Positions 1-9,199 of a stretch of 32,000 nt of DNA are shown piece by piece. Position 1 is the first letter of the stretch, and each line of letters opens with the position of its first letter. This stretch comes from an uncultured archaeon (GTDB lineage: Archaea; Asgardarchaeota; Thorarchaeia; Thorarchaeales; Thorarchaeaceae), in assembly GCA_964648855.1 (NCBI GenBank), contig CAZYLT010000004.1, forward strand, positions 169,532 to 201,531, read 5' to 3'. The translations under genes were made by a program, and so were the position numbers. Below the pieces are notes generated by a model that searched no databases, had not been told where the DNA came from, and saw only the letters and a list, made by a program, of their open reading frames with translations.

Positions 1-250
1 TTGGTTTCAGGTGTTTGCCCAGAGCTTTTAGTAATTGCATGGCATTTTTGACCACTATTAGAGAATGGATGTGTCCGTGATCTGAATACCCCATCCTATC
101 TATAGCCATACGATTTGCATCTTCGAGAATCATCTGTAATTCGTCGTCATCTTCCATCGCATCAAAAGCTACTCTGCATACTCTGTTATCTTTGAAATTC
201 TGTCTTACTCTATCTACAAGTGTCTGTCTTTGCTTATGGCCCTTCTTCAT
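1..250 (-). CDS. HD-superfamily metal-dependent phosphohydrolase, N-terminal part (runs off window start)
   Basis: Manual translation from ATG at 250: MKKGHKQRQTLVDRVRQNFKDNRVCRVAFDAMEDDDELQMILEDANRMAIDRMGYSDHGHIHSLIVVKNAMQLLKALGKHLKP..., open to the edge. ANxxAIxRxGYxDHGxxH matches the COG3294-type HD phosphohydrolase N-terminus. Confidence 0.7.
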   Translation of the reverse strand, partial: MKKGHKQRQTLVDRVRQNFKDNRVCRVAFDAMEDDDELQMILEDANRMAIDRMGYSDHGHIHSLIVVKNAMQLLKALGKHLKP

Positions 251-352
251 ACTTTATAGGCCCCCTAATTTCATCTTTTGCTAAACTATGTTCTGGTTAA
301 AATGTGTTAATTCCTCTAAAGCCGTTTCCATATGGATGTTGGTTTTGTATAT

Positions 353-1237
353 CTATAAAGGCCCTTCGGCTTTCATATGCACTTGCTGGGTTTCCTTTGC
401 CTGCTTCTTACCCTTTCTTCGTCGAGAGATGAAATATACTCCTACTATGAGAACATACCCAGCATATGCAGCCACTTCAAGTGCAGAAGGATTTCCATTA
501 TAACCAAAGAGTGATTTCAAGAGAGCACCAATTGCGCCATTCTCGTGAAGTAATGGATAGCCGCCATCAGCTAGTGGAGCAGGATTGACATCCCAGACCT
601 CAAGTGGTCCAATGAGAAGAAGTCCTGCCTCTTGGAGTTCGTGTATTCCATATGCTATCATCCCTGCTGCGAAAAGTACCAAAAAAACAGAGGTCCACTT
701 GAAGAATGCACTAAAGCTGATTCTCAAAGAGCCCCTGTATATTGCATAACCTAAAATCACGGCTGCAATCAATCCAAGAAATACGCCAATATAGGCTCCT
801 CCTCCCTCTTGAACTACAAGTGCTATCGTAAACAGAGAAAGCTCTACTCCCTCTCTCAGTATCAATGCAAAAGCAAGCACTCCCAGTCCAAACCCTCCTT
901 TTGCCACCATAGAATCCTTTGCTGCTGATTCTATCTCTGATGATATACTAGAACCAACTCGGTTCATCCAGATTATCATAGTCGTCAAGAGAATCGACGC
1001 GATGATGACTATAACCCCCTCGAAGATTTGTAGAGCCGCCCCTTCAAAGAATCCCCAAATGAGAGATAAAGCTGCAGATACACCTAAACTGGTAATAACG
1101 GCGCCAATCGAACCCAGATATACAAATCTAGATAGATTCATTCTTTTTGTTTTCCGAAGGAACGAAAGCATGACAGCTATTATGAGAGCTGCCTCGATTC
1201 CTTCTCTTACTGAAATTATGAACGGCGCTATAACCAT
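353..1237 (-). CDS. FTR1 family high-affinity iron permease
   Basis: Two REGxE motifs (REGIEA, REGVEL), about 7 hydrophobic segments, and HELQEAG and LFGYN motifs typical of FTR1/EfeU. Confidence 0.93.
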   Translation of the reverse strand: MVIAPFIISVREGIEAALIIAVMLSFLRKTKRMNLSRFVYLGSIGAVITSLGVSAALSLIWGFFEGAALQIFEGVIVIIASILLTTMIIWMNRVGSSISSEIESAAKDSMVAKGGFGLGVLAFALILREGVELSLFTIALVVQEGGGAYIGVFLGLIAAVILGYAIYRGSLRISFSAFFKWTSVFLVLFAAGMIAYGIHELQEAGLLLIGPLEVWDVNPAPLADGGYPLLHENGAIGALLKSLFGYNGNPSALEVAAYAGYVLIVGVYFISRRRKGKKQAKETQQVHMKAEGPL

Positions 1238-1378
1238 CGTGCAAGCCCCTTTAACTATTGTTAATTAGTCGCCCACATTCTGTTAAAAACAATAGGGTAT
1301 GCGTGTGATGATGCGGTCTATTCTGTCACCAGCAGCTGCCACATCAAGATTATTTGCAAATATGTTTGATAATTCATT

Positions 1379-2095
1379 ATGCCCAAGAATGGAGAAACTG
1401 ATGTTGTTGGTTTGGCAAACACTGAGATTGCCAAGGCAGCGAACTTCGACATGGATCTTACAGCAGACACCAAATGGAATGAATTGGATGTTAAGACTCC
1501 GGTTGCGAGAACTGCAGCCACTAAGACAATGCGACTGCTCAAGGAGAGGGGCATCAAAACTATAGATACTGTGATTCCTCTCTGTGAATCTCTCCTTGAA
1601 ACAGGTCAGTGGCCCCATAGAACCATCGCATTCCAATGGATTTTCAGCTTAAAGAACCAATTTCAACCACGGCATTTTGCTACTCTAGAAAAATGGATTA
1701 ATACCTATCTCCACAGTTGGGGGAGTTGTGACGATTTGTGTACTCATTCAATGGGTTACTTCCTCATGAGGTTCCCTCAGGTTGTTGAATCCGTGAAGAA
1801 GTGGGTAAAATCGGATAATCCATACGTCCGACGGGCAGCTCCTGTTTCATTCATCTATGCACTGCGGAGGAGCAAGCTCTTCGAACACATTTTCGATGTA
1901 TCTGATAGCCTGATGCATGATAGCCATCACCATGTTCTCAAGGGATACGGCTGGATGCTCAAAGAGGCGACTCTGCATTTCATGGATGATGTCTTTGACT
2001 ATGTTATGAAGACCAAGGAGCCCATGCCAAGGTTATCTCTAAGGTACGCAATTGAGAAGATGCCTGAAGATATGCGACGACAAGCCATGACCTAG
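1379..2095 (+). CDS. DNA alkylation repair protein (AlkD-like HEAT-repeat glycosylase family)
   Basis: SWGSCDDLC, W..SDNPYVRRAA, VLKGYGWMLKE and LRYAIEK motifs of the DNA_alkylation/AlkD family. Confidence 0.85.
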   Translation: MPKNGETDVVGLANTEIAKAANFDMDLTADTKWNELDVKTPVARTAATKTMRLLKERGIKTIDTVIPLCESLLETGQWPHRTIAFQWIFSLKNQFQPRHFATLEKWINTYLHSWGSCDDLCTHSMGYFLMRFPQVVESVKKWVKSDNPYVRRAAPVSFIYALRRSKLFEHIFDVSDSLMHDSHHHVLKGYGWMLKEATLHFMDDVFDYVMKTKEPMPRLSLRYAIEKMPEDMRRQAMT

Positions 2096-2230
2096 TGATC
2101 TATTGGTGTGATTTGTCATGACGAGGAATCTAGGATTGTCCTTCTTCAATATTGGAGGCACAAACTCACGTACACATAGCTCCGGATGCCTTTCTTTCAT
2201 CCTCTAACTTCTCGGTTCTGTTGTTCTACA

Positions 2231-2524
2231 CTAGACCATTTCGCTCTCATCATCAGAACTCATATGTTCAATGAATGGCCACTTGCCTAGTCTGGAAACC
2301 CACCAGAATAGTACTACACTGATGTTAATCGTGATGACCCAGAGGGCTGCAACCAAGAAAAATTGTGAGATGGCATCATAATCTGTTGCAGGAGGACGAC
2401 CATACCATATGAACGCAAAAAACATCACGACCTGAACCAAAAGCCCCAATAGAATCATTATCTGAAATAATAAGAGGGTCTTCTGTTCTGTTACAAATGT
2501 CTTAAATCGACGCTTAACACTCAA
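2231..2524 (-). CDS. Small hypothetical membrane protein (2 TM)
   Basis: 97-aa ORF with two long hydrophobic stretches and a GGTG-type RBS upstream of the TTG start. Confidence 0.6.
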   Translation of the reverse strand: MSVKRRFKTFVTEQKTLLLFQIMILLGLLVQVVMFFAFIWYGRPPATDYDAISQFFLVAALWVITINISVVLFWWVSRLGKWPFIEHMSSDDESEMV

Positions 2525-2715
2525 CTTTTCACACCGCCGAATGTTACTGCAAACTACGATTTAGGCTTTTCCAGACGGATAATTCCAGATCGGGAAACTT
2601 ATTCACCATCTATGATTGACGGATAAACCCTCCCGGAACTGGAAGGACGACTGATAAATCCAAATATCCAATGCTATGTTGACTTATTATCATGCTGAAC
2701 TAGGGGGCGATTCTA

Positions 2716-3216
2716 ATGGAGCAGAAAGACCTGAAAGATAAAAACCAGCGAACCGTTTCCATTGGTCTACTCTTAATTCTTCTAATTTTGTTTTTCATCC
2801 TTCCAATCTCGATGGAAGTGTATGATGATTCACCTCTCAATATTTTCAGTGTCACGTGGACATTGCTTTATAACCCAAGAACCTCTGGTCGGACACTCAT
2901 ATTATGGCAACCTTCTGTCTGGATTATCGGAATAATGGCGAGCTTTCTGAGATTAGTATTCCTTCTTCAGATTGGTCGTTATTTTGCAGGAAAGACTACA
3001 CGTGCTCGCACGCTAGCACTCGGTCTACTGGCTGAACTACAGATGGCCCTTCTCTATGGTGGTTCACTGATCTACTCTACTCTAGTGCACGGACTGGCAC
3101 CATCTACCTTCCTCCTACCAACTCCCATCTTCCTGATCATTGGCTGGCTGTTCATACGAATCCATCCTCCGGAAAGGCACGAGCAACTATCGGATTGGCT
3201 TGACTACGAAAAATAG
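2716..3216 (+). CDS. Hypothetical membrane protein (about 4 TM)
   Basis: 166-aa hydrophobic ORF with a G-rich RBS (AGGGGG) before the ATG. Confidence 0.7.
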   Translation: MEQKDLKDKNQRTVSIGLLLILLILFFILPISMEVYDDSPLNIFSVTWTLLYNPRTSGRTLILWQPSVWIIGIMASFLRLVFLLQIGRYFAGKTTRARTLALGLLAELQMALLYGGSLIYSTLVHGLAPSTFLLPTPIFLIIGWLFIRIHPPERHEQLSDWLDYEK

Positions 3217-3246
3217 CCTCTGAATCTTCAAGTACTAAGAAAGAAA

Positions 3247-3618
3247 CTACAACCTAATCGGGTTCGGCCCTATCTCCCGAATTTTTTCAGCAAAATCGTT
3301 GATGTGCTTAGCAAACAGGTCTCCCTTAACCGCGCTCACGAACACCATTTTCACGCGTTTCTTGTTCATGTCCAGCTTATCGACCAACCATCGTGCAAAT
3401 CGCGCTCGTCTCTCGGCACCCAAGTTGCCGGTCTTGTAGGCACAGTCAACCGGGTACCAGCCCGCTATCAAGACACCGATTCTCCCCTCCTGGAGTGCCT
3501 TCATGATGAAATTGATATCAAGTTTCGCGGTGCAGGACATTCGGATGATTCGCGCGCTCACATCGTACTGTAACTTCATGGTTCCGGCAATATCCAACGC
3601 GGCGTACCTGCACTGCAT
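3247..3618 (-). pseudogene. mvhD: 5'-truncated, decayed mvhD fragment (copy 1, codons 14-136 of the intact gene)
   Basis: Colinear with 9200-9571. Lacks the first 13 codons including the first conserved Cys. Substitutions in conserved motifs: GWYPVDC for GCHPGDC, MSC for MPC, EGRIG for EGADG, SAVKG for SAAEG. Confidence 0.85.
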
Positions 3619-3627
3619 GATGAATTG

Positions 3628-4125
3628 CTAGTCACTAAAGCTTCTTGCTACGGATATTGCTTGTTTGTAGACCTTTGAATCCAACCTAAATCCTCGGTCA
3701 ATCATCCTGTCGAGAATTGATATGAATTCGTTATAGTGCAGCATGGATTTCGACAAGGCCTGGAGAAGGACTCCAACAGTTCCTAGACATGTTACTCCCA
3801 GAATTTCCGCAGCACTTCTTCCCAACTTGTCGTCTATCAGAAGCAGACCGTCCATCTCCCTAGCCAGTAAGATAGCTGCAGCCTCTCCTCTTTCAACTCC
3901 TGCGCCCTCGGCTAATTGCTCTACCTCGTCATGAGCTGAGTTTTCAACACGTAGCCATCCATCATGCACTGCAGAAGCTATCAATAGTGCATCCGGCGAG
4001 TTAGTAGATTCACCGGTCTCTTGGAAAACCTCCCTCGGAATCAACATCTCGGTGTATAGCTCTCTGAGCAGATGAAGTCGTCCTGACTTTGCGAGGTAGA
4101 TCAGTGGGCTCGCGTTACTGACCAC
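3628..4125 (-). CDS. PIN-domain (VapC-like, DUF3368-type) toxin
   Basis: VVSNASPLIYLAK, GEAAAILLA, LLLIDD and LGTVGVLL motifs. Overlaps the 3' end of the upstream antitoxin. Start uncertain: GTG 4125 preferred, ORF open to 4176. Confidence 0.88.
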   Translation of the reverse strand: MVSNASPLIYLAKSGRLHLLRELYTEMLIPREVFQETGESTNSPDALLIASAVHDGWLRVENSAHDEVEQLAEGAGVERGEAAAILLAREMDGLLLIDDKLGRSAAEILGVTCLGTVGVLLQALSKSMLHYNEFISILDRMIDRGFRLDSKVYKQAISVARSFSD

Positions 4126-4429
4126 TCTGTTGTTCTTTGACAAGAGCAAGGTCACGCTCCAGGTCCTCTTCGTCATACGAGATGGGTATTGCTGCCTTAT
4201 CCGCTTCTTCTATCATTTTTCTCAAGGGGAGTCCCGCCATGGATGCCGCCCTCCAGAGGGAAACCCTTCTCTCCCTGTACGCCTTGAGGGCTCTCTCTAG
4301 GAGAAACTGCTGAATGCCAATATCTAGTGCCCGCCGGATCATCTCCGACCTGTCAATCTGCTCTTCTCTGGCGATGAGCTCGAGCTTCTTGATGATCTCA
4401 TCGGGTAGTCGTACTGTGACTGTATCCAT
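4115..4429 (-). CDS. Antitoxin: ribbon-helix-helix (CopG-like) + UPF0175 domain
   Basis: MDTVTVRLPDE...DRSEMIRRAL (RHH) followed by YRERRVSLWRAASMAGL (UPF0175); coupled to the PIN gene. Confidence 0.88.
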   Translation of the reverse strand: MDTVTVRLPDEIIKKLELIAREEQIDRSEMIRRALDIGIQQFLLERALKAYRERRVSLWRAASMAGLPLRKMIEEADKAAIPISYDEEDLERDLALVKEQQSGQ

Positions 4430-4437
4430 CGTGTATC

Positions 4438-4462
4438 GTATACAATATATTATTTTGTATAC
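4438..4462. promoter_or_regulatory. Inverted-repeat operator / promoter of the TA operon
   Basis: GTATACAA (4438-4445)-N9-TTGTATAC (4455-4462) perfect inverted repeat in an AT-rich stretch just upstream of the RHH antitoxin ATG, typical of TA autoregulation. Confidence 0.6.
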
Positions 4463-4613
4463 ATAAAGCTTTGCTCCTCTCTTGCTCAGTCATAGACGTC
4501 TGTCAAGAAAGCCAATACCCTCTGCGTGTCGGCTCCTCTCTCACTTCTATCGTAAGACGAGTGCGTGAAACCCACAAATAGCATTCGATGTCATCTCAAA
4601 GGAGGTGGATACA

Positions 4614-5048
4614 GTGAATATTCGTCCCTTCAGTCCTGAGGATATTGCCTAGATTGTTTCTCTCACAAATGAGTATGCGTCATTTGACTCTGATGTGACT
4701 GCAGCTGATTTTTCCTCTGCCCACGCTTTTCCTCCAGGCCTACTTGTGGCCGAAGTGCACGGTCACATTGTGGCATTCATATTTGGCTATATCAAGGATG
4801 TACCGGGTACCATCCTGAATCGATGGAACGCACAAAGAGTAGCACAGATTGACCTCTTGGTGGTTGAACCATCCTATAGACGGCAAAGCATCGGTGAAAC
4901 ACTGATGCGCAAACTAGAAGAGACATTCCGAGAAGAAGATGTGGACCTGGTGTTGCTGCCCTACCCTGCTGAAGCTACAGAGGCAAAACACCTCTATGAC
5001 AAACTCGGTTTTGAGGTCCGTGCCTATGCCATGAAACAGTGCCTCTGA
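4614..5048 (+). pseudogene. GNAT-family N-acetyltransferase interrupted by an in-frame TAG at codon 13
   Basis: Strong RBS GGAGGTGG (4601-4608), then GTG 4614 giving MNIRPFSPEDIA*IVSLTNEY... in frame with the 4695-5048 ORF. GNAT motifs LVVEPSYRRQSIGETLM and AKHLYDKLGF. TAG at 4650-4652. Confidence 0.75.
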
Positions 5049-5051
5049 TCC

Positions 5052-5423
5052 CTAGAGCCGTATCGGGTTGGGTCCTATCTCTCGAATCGTGTCAGCAAAA
5101 TCGTTGATGTGCTTGGCGAACAGGTCACCCTCAGCCGCACTCACGAAGACCATCTTCACACGTTCCCTATTCATGCCCAGATTGTCCACCAACTCTCTGG
5201 CAAACCTGACCCTCCTCTCAGCCCCTAAGTTACCCGTCTTATACGCGCAGTCTCCTGGGTGACAACCCACCACCAACACACCGTCCGCGCCCTCCTGCAG
5301 CGCCTTCATGATGAAGTTGATGTCCAAACGTGCGGTACAGGGCATCCGGATAATCCGCGCACTCACGTCGTACTGGATCTTCATAGTCCCTGCGAGATCC
5401 GACGCGGCGTACATACATTGCAC
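5052..5423 (-). pseudogene. mvhD: 5'-truncated mvhD fragment (copy 2, codons 14-136)
   Basis: Near-identical protein to residues 14-136 of the 9200-9610 product (RMPCTARLD, GCHPGDC, SAAEG intact), but homology stops at the M14-equivalent codon and the first Cys is absent. Confidence 0.85.
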
Positions 5424-5498
5424 CAAATTCTTCTTATTGCCCAGATAGAAACTGATGGAATAGAAACCAAAATCAGTATCTATCCCTGGATAGATTCA

Positions 5499-6158
5499 TT
5501 ACCATATAGGCGAAGACGGAAAATCAGCGTCTTGCTTTTCGTATTTTCTTCGCATCTCTTTTTGCATTTTGTCAAACTCTTTTTGCTTAGATATATGAAT
5601 CAACGAATCCACGAACCCTATGGTCGTCTTGATGCCCCAGAAGTTGATATTCCTTTGTTTCCTATCTGCTTTCAAAGGACTTGAAATAATCCACTCCCCA
5701 TCCCTATGCACTACATCAACATACATCCATTCAAACCGTTTCTCTGTTCCTATGCGTCCAAGTATACTGGATACCAACCCAATTCCTACAGACGCGCCTT
5801 CTAAGTCGAGATCTTCGCTAATTTGACCTATTTTCTTTATTTTGTCAAGAAACATTCCACTACCGAGTTCTGTGTATATCTTGTTTTTCACATCGTGGCT
5901 GCGGAAGACACTCTTTTTCCCAAATAATTTAACCATAGGATGGTTTCTCGGAATAATTTCATGAACTACAAGCCAACAGGCATATGCCTTTGCAACCTCT
6001 TCTATTGCCAGATTCTTAAGCATCAATGCATGGGTCATCGACACATTTTGGGCAACAAGTGCTGCCTCTTTCACCAACGCTTTTGCATTCCTGAGGGACT
6101 CTATCATCGCCTCATGATACACTTCTCTTGGTGGCAATTTAGATGCCATTTGTAGCAC
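5499..6158 (-). CDS. AbiV-family abortive infection protein (HEPN-like)
   Basis: NAKALVKEAALV...LAIEEVAK...FRSHDVK matches the AbiV signature NAxxLxxxA...ExxxK...FxxHxxK. Start uncertain (ATG 6149 possible). Confidence 0.72.
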   Translation of the reverse strand: MLQMASKLPPREVYHEAMIESLRNAKALVKEAALVAQNVSMTHALMLKNLAIEEVAKAYACWLVVHEIIPRNHPMVKLFGKKSVFRSHDVKNKIYTELGSGMFLDKIKKIGQISEDLDLEGASVGIGLVSSILGRIGTEKRFEWMYVDVVHRDGEWIISSPLKADRKQRNINFWGIKTTIGFVDSLIHISKQKEFDKMQKEMRRKYEKQDADFPSSPIW

Positions 6159-6827
6159 CTATGCCATCTGAAGCAGAGCTCTCTCTTGCTCTTCAGGAAT
6201 CTCCTTGGCCTCGTCGGGGAAGTATCTCTTTTTGAGGAAATACTCCAATGTAGTTTCATCCATCTCATACAGAGCTGGGCGAGGCATCCAGACAATCAAA
6301 TCCTTCTTGTAGATGTATCCCTCTGCAATCTCGTCCTGGAACTGGAGAATCAGATCTAATGCCCTATCCACTGTCTTTCTGTTGACACCTGTCCGTCTGG
6401 CCAATTCTGCGATGGTCAGGTTGTCCTCTATCTGCAGCACCTTAAATAGCCTGTCCACTACCTCTTCGATTGAGGTTCTTCCCTCCGACTTGAACATCTC
6501 TCTTATTTCTGCTGTATCTGGCTTTTCATCACTCTCAGTGAAGAAGCGCTTCTCTATGTACCACTGACGCATCTCCTTTGGGAGTTTCATCTTATCCAGT
6601 CTGTCTTTGAGCCACACCATCTTTCCATAACCGCCCTCAAGCACTCTAATCTCGAATGCTGCGAACTGGTCCTGCTCTGTTATCAAGAAATTGACTGCCC
6701 GGTCAATCGCCCGCCAGTCAGTGCCACTCTTTTCTGCTATTTCCCGCAGCGAAATCGGGGAATTCGTCATCAAAACCTCCAGTGACCTCTCAATCGATTC
6801 CTCGAAAGTTGTCCGTCCTTTTGTCAT
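6159..6827 (-). CDS. Tandem-duplicated HTH DNA-binding protein
   Basis: Two homologous halves: GRTTFEESIERSLEVL...ISLREIAEKSGTDWRAIDRAV and GRTSIEEVVDRLFKVL...LTIAELARRTGVNRKTVDRAL. ATG 6827 preferred over the longer 6920 start. Confidence 0.75.
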   Translation of the reverse strand: MTKGRTTFEESIERSLEVLMTNSPISLREIAEKSGTDWRAIDRAVNFLITEQDQFAAFEIRVLEGGYGKMVWLKDRLDKMKLPKEMRQWYIEKRFFTESDEKPDTAEIREMFKSEGRTSIEEVVDRLFKVLQIEDNLTIAELARRTGVNRKTVDRALDLILQFQDEIAEGYIYKKDLIVWMPRPALYEMDETTLEYFLKKRYFPDEAKEIPEEQERALLQMA

Positions 6828-7090
6828 TACATCCACAATCCAATACACAAATACATCCAAATTCCTTCTTTTCACAATCCACCATATACTATACACGACA
6901 CATCTACAATTCCGTAACACATCATATTATACATTATATGACAACTATTATGCACAATAATCACGTATCATATACATTTAAATACTTTTGGCACACAAAA
7001 AAATATAAAATAACATTATAGTACTAAAAAAATACCCTAAAAGGGCAATTACTACGAATGATTTATAAGGATACTCTTCGCTAGCGAATT

Positions 7091-7393
7091 ATGCCTATCA
7101 AGAAAATCGACATCATAATCATGACTTGCATGTATGATGAAGATAGGATAGGCTCTCGCCATGGAAACATCGATAATATTCTCAAATTCTGTACTCCCAG
7201 GGAATATCGTGATCGATACCCCCTCGGAAAAATCAAGAAACGCATGCGAAAACTTGCCGGCCAAAACTATCTTATTCGGAAGACAGGTCGTTTTGAGGCA
7301 TACTCATTGAGCATGGATGGTGTAAGAGTTGCTGAGAGATGGAAAGAGGGATGGACAATTGACGAAATCAACAGAGGAAAAAGAAACATCTAG
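7091..7393 (+). CDS. Small basic winged-helix-like protein
   Basis: IKKRMRKLAGQNYLIRKTGRFEAYSLSMDG resembles a wHTH recognition helix plus wing (L...GYL...Y.LT..G). Confidence 0.55.
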   Translation: MPIKKIDIIIMTCMYDEDRIGSRHGNIDNILKFCTPREYRDRYPLGKIKKRMRKLAGQNYLIRKTGRFEAYSLSMDGVRVAERWKEGWTIDEINRGKRNI

Positions 7394-7931
7394 CAAACAA
7401 GAACCAGCGAATGCCCCCAAGGACACCAATCAATTCGATACTATGGAATTTGAGATGGCAGGTAATTCATTAAGAGCGCTGACAGTAATCTATGGTTTCT
7501 TCTTCGTATTTCTTTCCGCTATGGTTGCCGGATCTCCAACAATAAACTCCGTCTTGGACCCCAACAATTCATTTCTTTTCTATGTTTGTACCCTACTTCT
7601 GGCTATTGCTAATGCACTTATCGGGATAGAAATCTTCAGAATCATGATAATGATGAATATTTCATTTATCGGTGAATGGGGATTACGGTTGCTAATAGCA
7701 TCAGTTCCTAGTACGTTTGTTTTTGTTATTGGAATAACGACCCTGTCAGAAATTAGCATCTTTGATTTTGAATTCTATCCTGTAGGTAATTGGATTGCCA
7801 GTCTTTTGTTAGCCTTAATAATTCTATTAGTCGCATTCAAATTGAAGAAGGATCCGATAATCCAACAATCTACTGCAGACAAAAACGAGAGTGAAAAAGG
7901 TCGTCACAATCAAGAAGAGCAATCCAGTTAG
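7329..7931 (+). CDS. Hypothetical membrane protein (about 4 TM)
   Basis: Four hydrophobic segments; true start probably downstream of 7329. Confidence 0.65.
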   Translation: MLRDGKRDGQLTKSTEEKETSSKQEPANAPKDTNQFDTMEFEMAGNSLRALTVIYGFFFVFLSAMVAGSPTINSVLDPNNSFLFYVCTLLLAIANALIGIEIFRIMIMMNISFIGEWGLRLLIASVPSTFVFVIGITTLSEISIFDFEFYPVGNWIASLLLALIILLVAFKLKKDPIIQQSTADKNESEKGRHNQEEQSS

Positions 7932-8011
7932 TTTGAGGAGTGAGTTCTGAATGACGCACCTATGTATGGAGTATGTAAGATATATATCGCGGACAACTAA
8001 CCGCGAGGTGG

Positions 8012-9148
8012 GTGGCGAAATTGTCGTGGTATGAAGATGAAAACCCGAACCAAGTGTCTAGAGCCCATTTTGAGCTTGCCATAGATCTTGCAGAGAAATG
8101 CAAACCTGAATGGCCTGGCAAGATGGCTCCTAAGGTCGGAGCGGTTGTTATTAGAAAGGGCGAGATTATTGCTCAGGCTTACAGAAATCAGATTGGTAGT
8201 GGGGATCATGCGGAATATATTGCCCTTGAGCAAAGACGAGGTGACCGAGTTGATTTCAAAGGAACGGACTTGATAACAACTCTGGAACCGTGTACAGAAA
8301 AACGACATGGCAAAATGAAGAAACCCTGTGTTGATTGGGTTAGGTATCGTAGGATACGAAAAGTATGGATTGGCGTCTTGGATCGCAATCCGCGTATTCG
8401 AGGCAAGGCAGTGATGCGACTGCATGACTTAGGTATTTACGTGGGTTGGTTTCCTGATGACTTGGTGCCAAGAATACTAGCTCAGAATGAGGAATTCTTT
8501 GAGCATGCTAGGCGAATGACTCCTCAGCTGACAGCCGATGAGCTTGAAGCGCGCAGGAAGGAAGTGCAAGACCTCGCGCTTCATGAACTATCTGCTTATG
8601 AGCGGGATTTGAAAACTATTGATCTGCCACCCCAATTGAAGCAACTACCTATGGATTCAATTCAAAGTGCTATCAACGCTCTAGCAACAATGAACTTGCA
8701 TGATGTCGATGAGTGGGCTAAAGTGGGTTGGGATCTTCTTTCTGCTCACGTGTCTGCAAAACTACTTCTCGAAGGACACGACCAATTGCCGTTCCGAACA
8801 GAAATGGTTTCTGAAATTCTACAGGGCAATCTCAGTATGGATGAAATAGAATCTTCATCTGGAAGAAGCGATGGTAGGCCCCCGACAATTGCACCCGCTG
8901 GAAGAGCATTTACTACTGCAATGCAAGTAGATAGCACTAACACTCAATCGATAATTGGGAAGAGCGCTGTATTCCTGCTAATGGACGAGCCGATACGGGC
9001 TATGGAAACTCTCGAGATTGGCAGGAATTACATAGCCACACCCAACTCAAGGGTTGTCCATCTCTACAGAGATATTGGTGTTCAACTTCGCAAAATAGGC
9101 AATGTTAGATGGCGTCTTGCTTATGACCGGGCTAAAGACTTCGAGTAA
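8012..9148 (+). CDS. Zn-dependent cytidine/RibD-type deaminase domain fused to an uncharacterised helical C-terminal region
   Basis: PKVGAVVIR, HAE, TTLEPC-x9-PC and LDRNPRIRG motifs of the RibD-like deaminase fold. No RibD reductase domain. RBS GAGGTGG before GTG. Confidence 0.8.
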   Translation: MAKLSWYEDENPNQVSRAHFELAIDLAEKCKPEWPGKMAPKVGAVVIRKGEIIAQAYRNQIGSGDHAEYIALEQRRGDRVDFKGTDLITTLEPCTEKRHGKMKKPCVDWVRYRRIRKVWIGVLDRNPRIRGKAVMRLHDLGIYVGWFPDDLVPRILAQNEEFFEHARRMTPQLTADELEARRKEVQDLALHELSAYERDLKTIDLPPQLKQLPMDSIQSAINALATMNLHDVDEWAKVGWDLLSAHVSAKLLLEGHDQLPFRTEMVSEILQGNLSMDEIESSSGRSDGRPPTIAPAGRAFTTAMQVDSTNTQSIIGKSAVFLLMDEPIRAMETLEIGRNYIATPNSRVVHLYRDIGVQLRKIGNVRWRLAYDRAKDFE

Positions 9149-9199
9149 ACCCAACAAGCTGAAAAGAATTGCCATCAATAAATACTATATCTGCTTCGA

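Noticed and set aside
2574-2657. Short repeats GACGGATAA (2574, 2618) and GACTGATAA (2649) in a divergent intergenic region
   Set aside because: Only 9 bp and irregularly spaced. Could be regulator sites, but too weak to call and not a CRISPR array.
8012-9148. ribD riboflavin biosynthesis gene
   Set aside because: No reductase domain and no rib genes nearby; located in accessory cargo.
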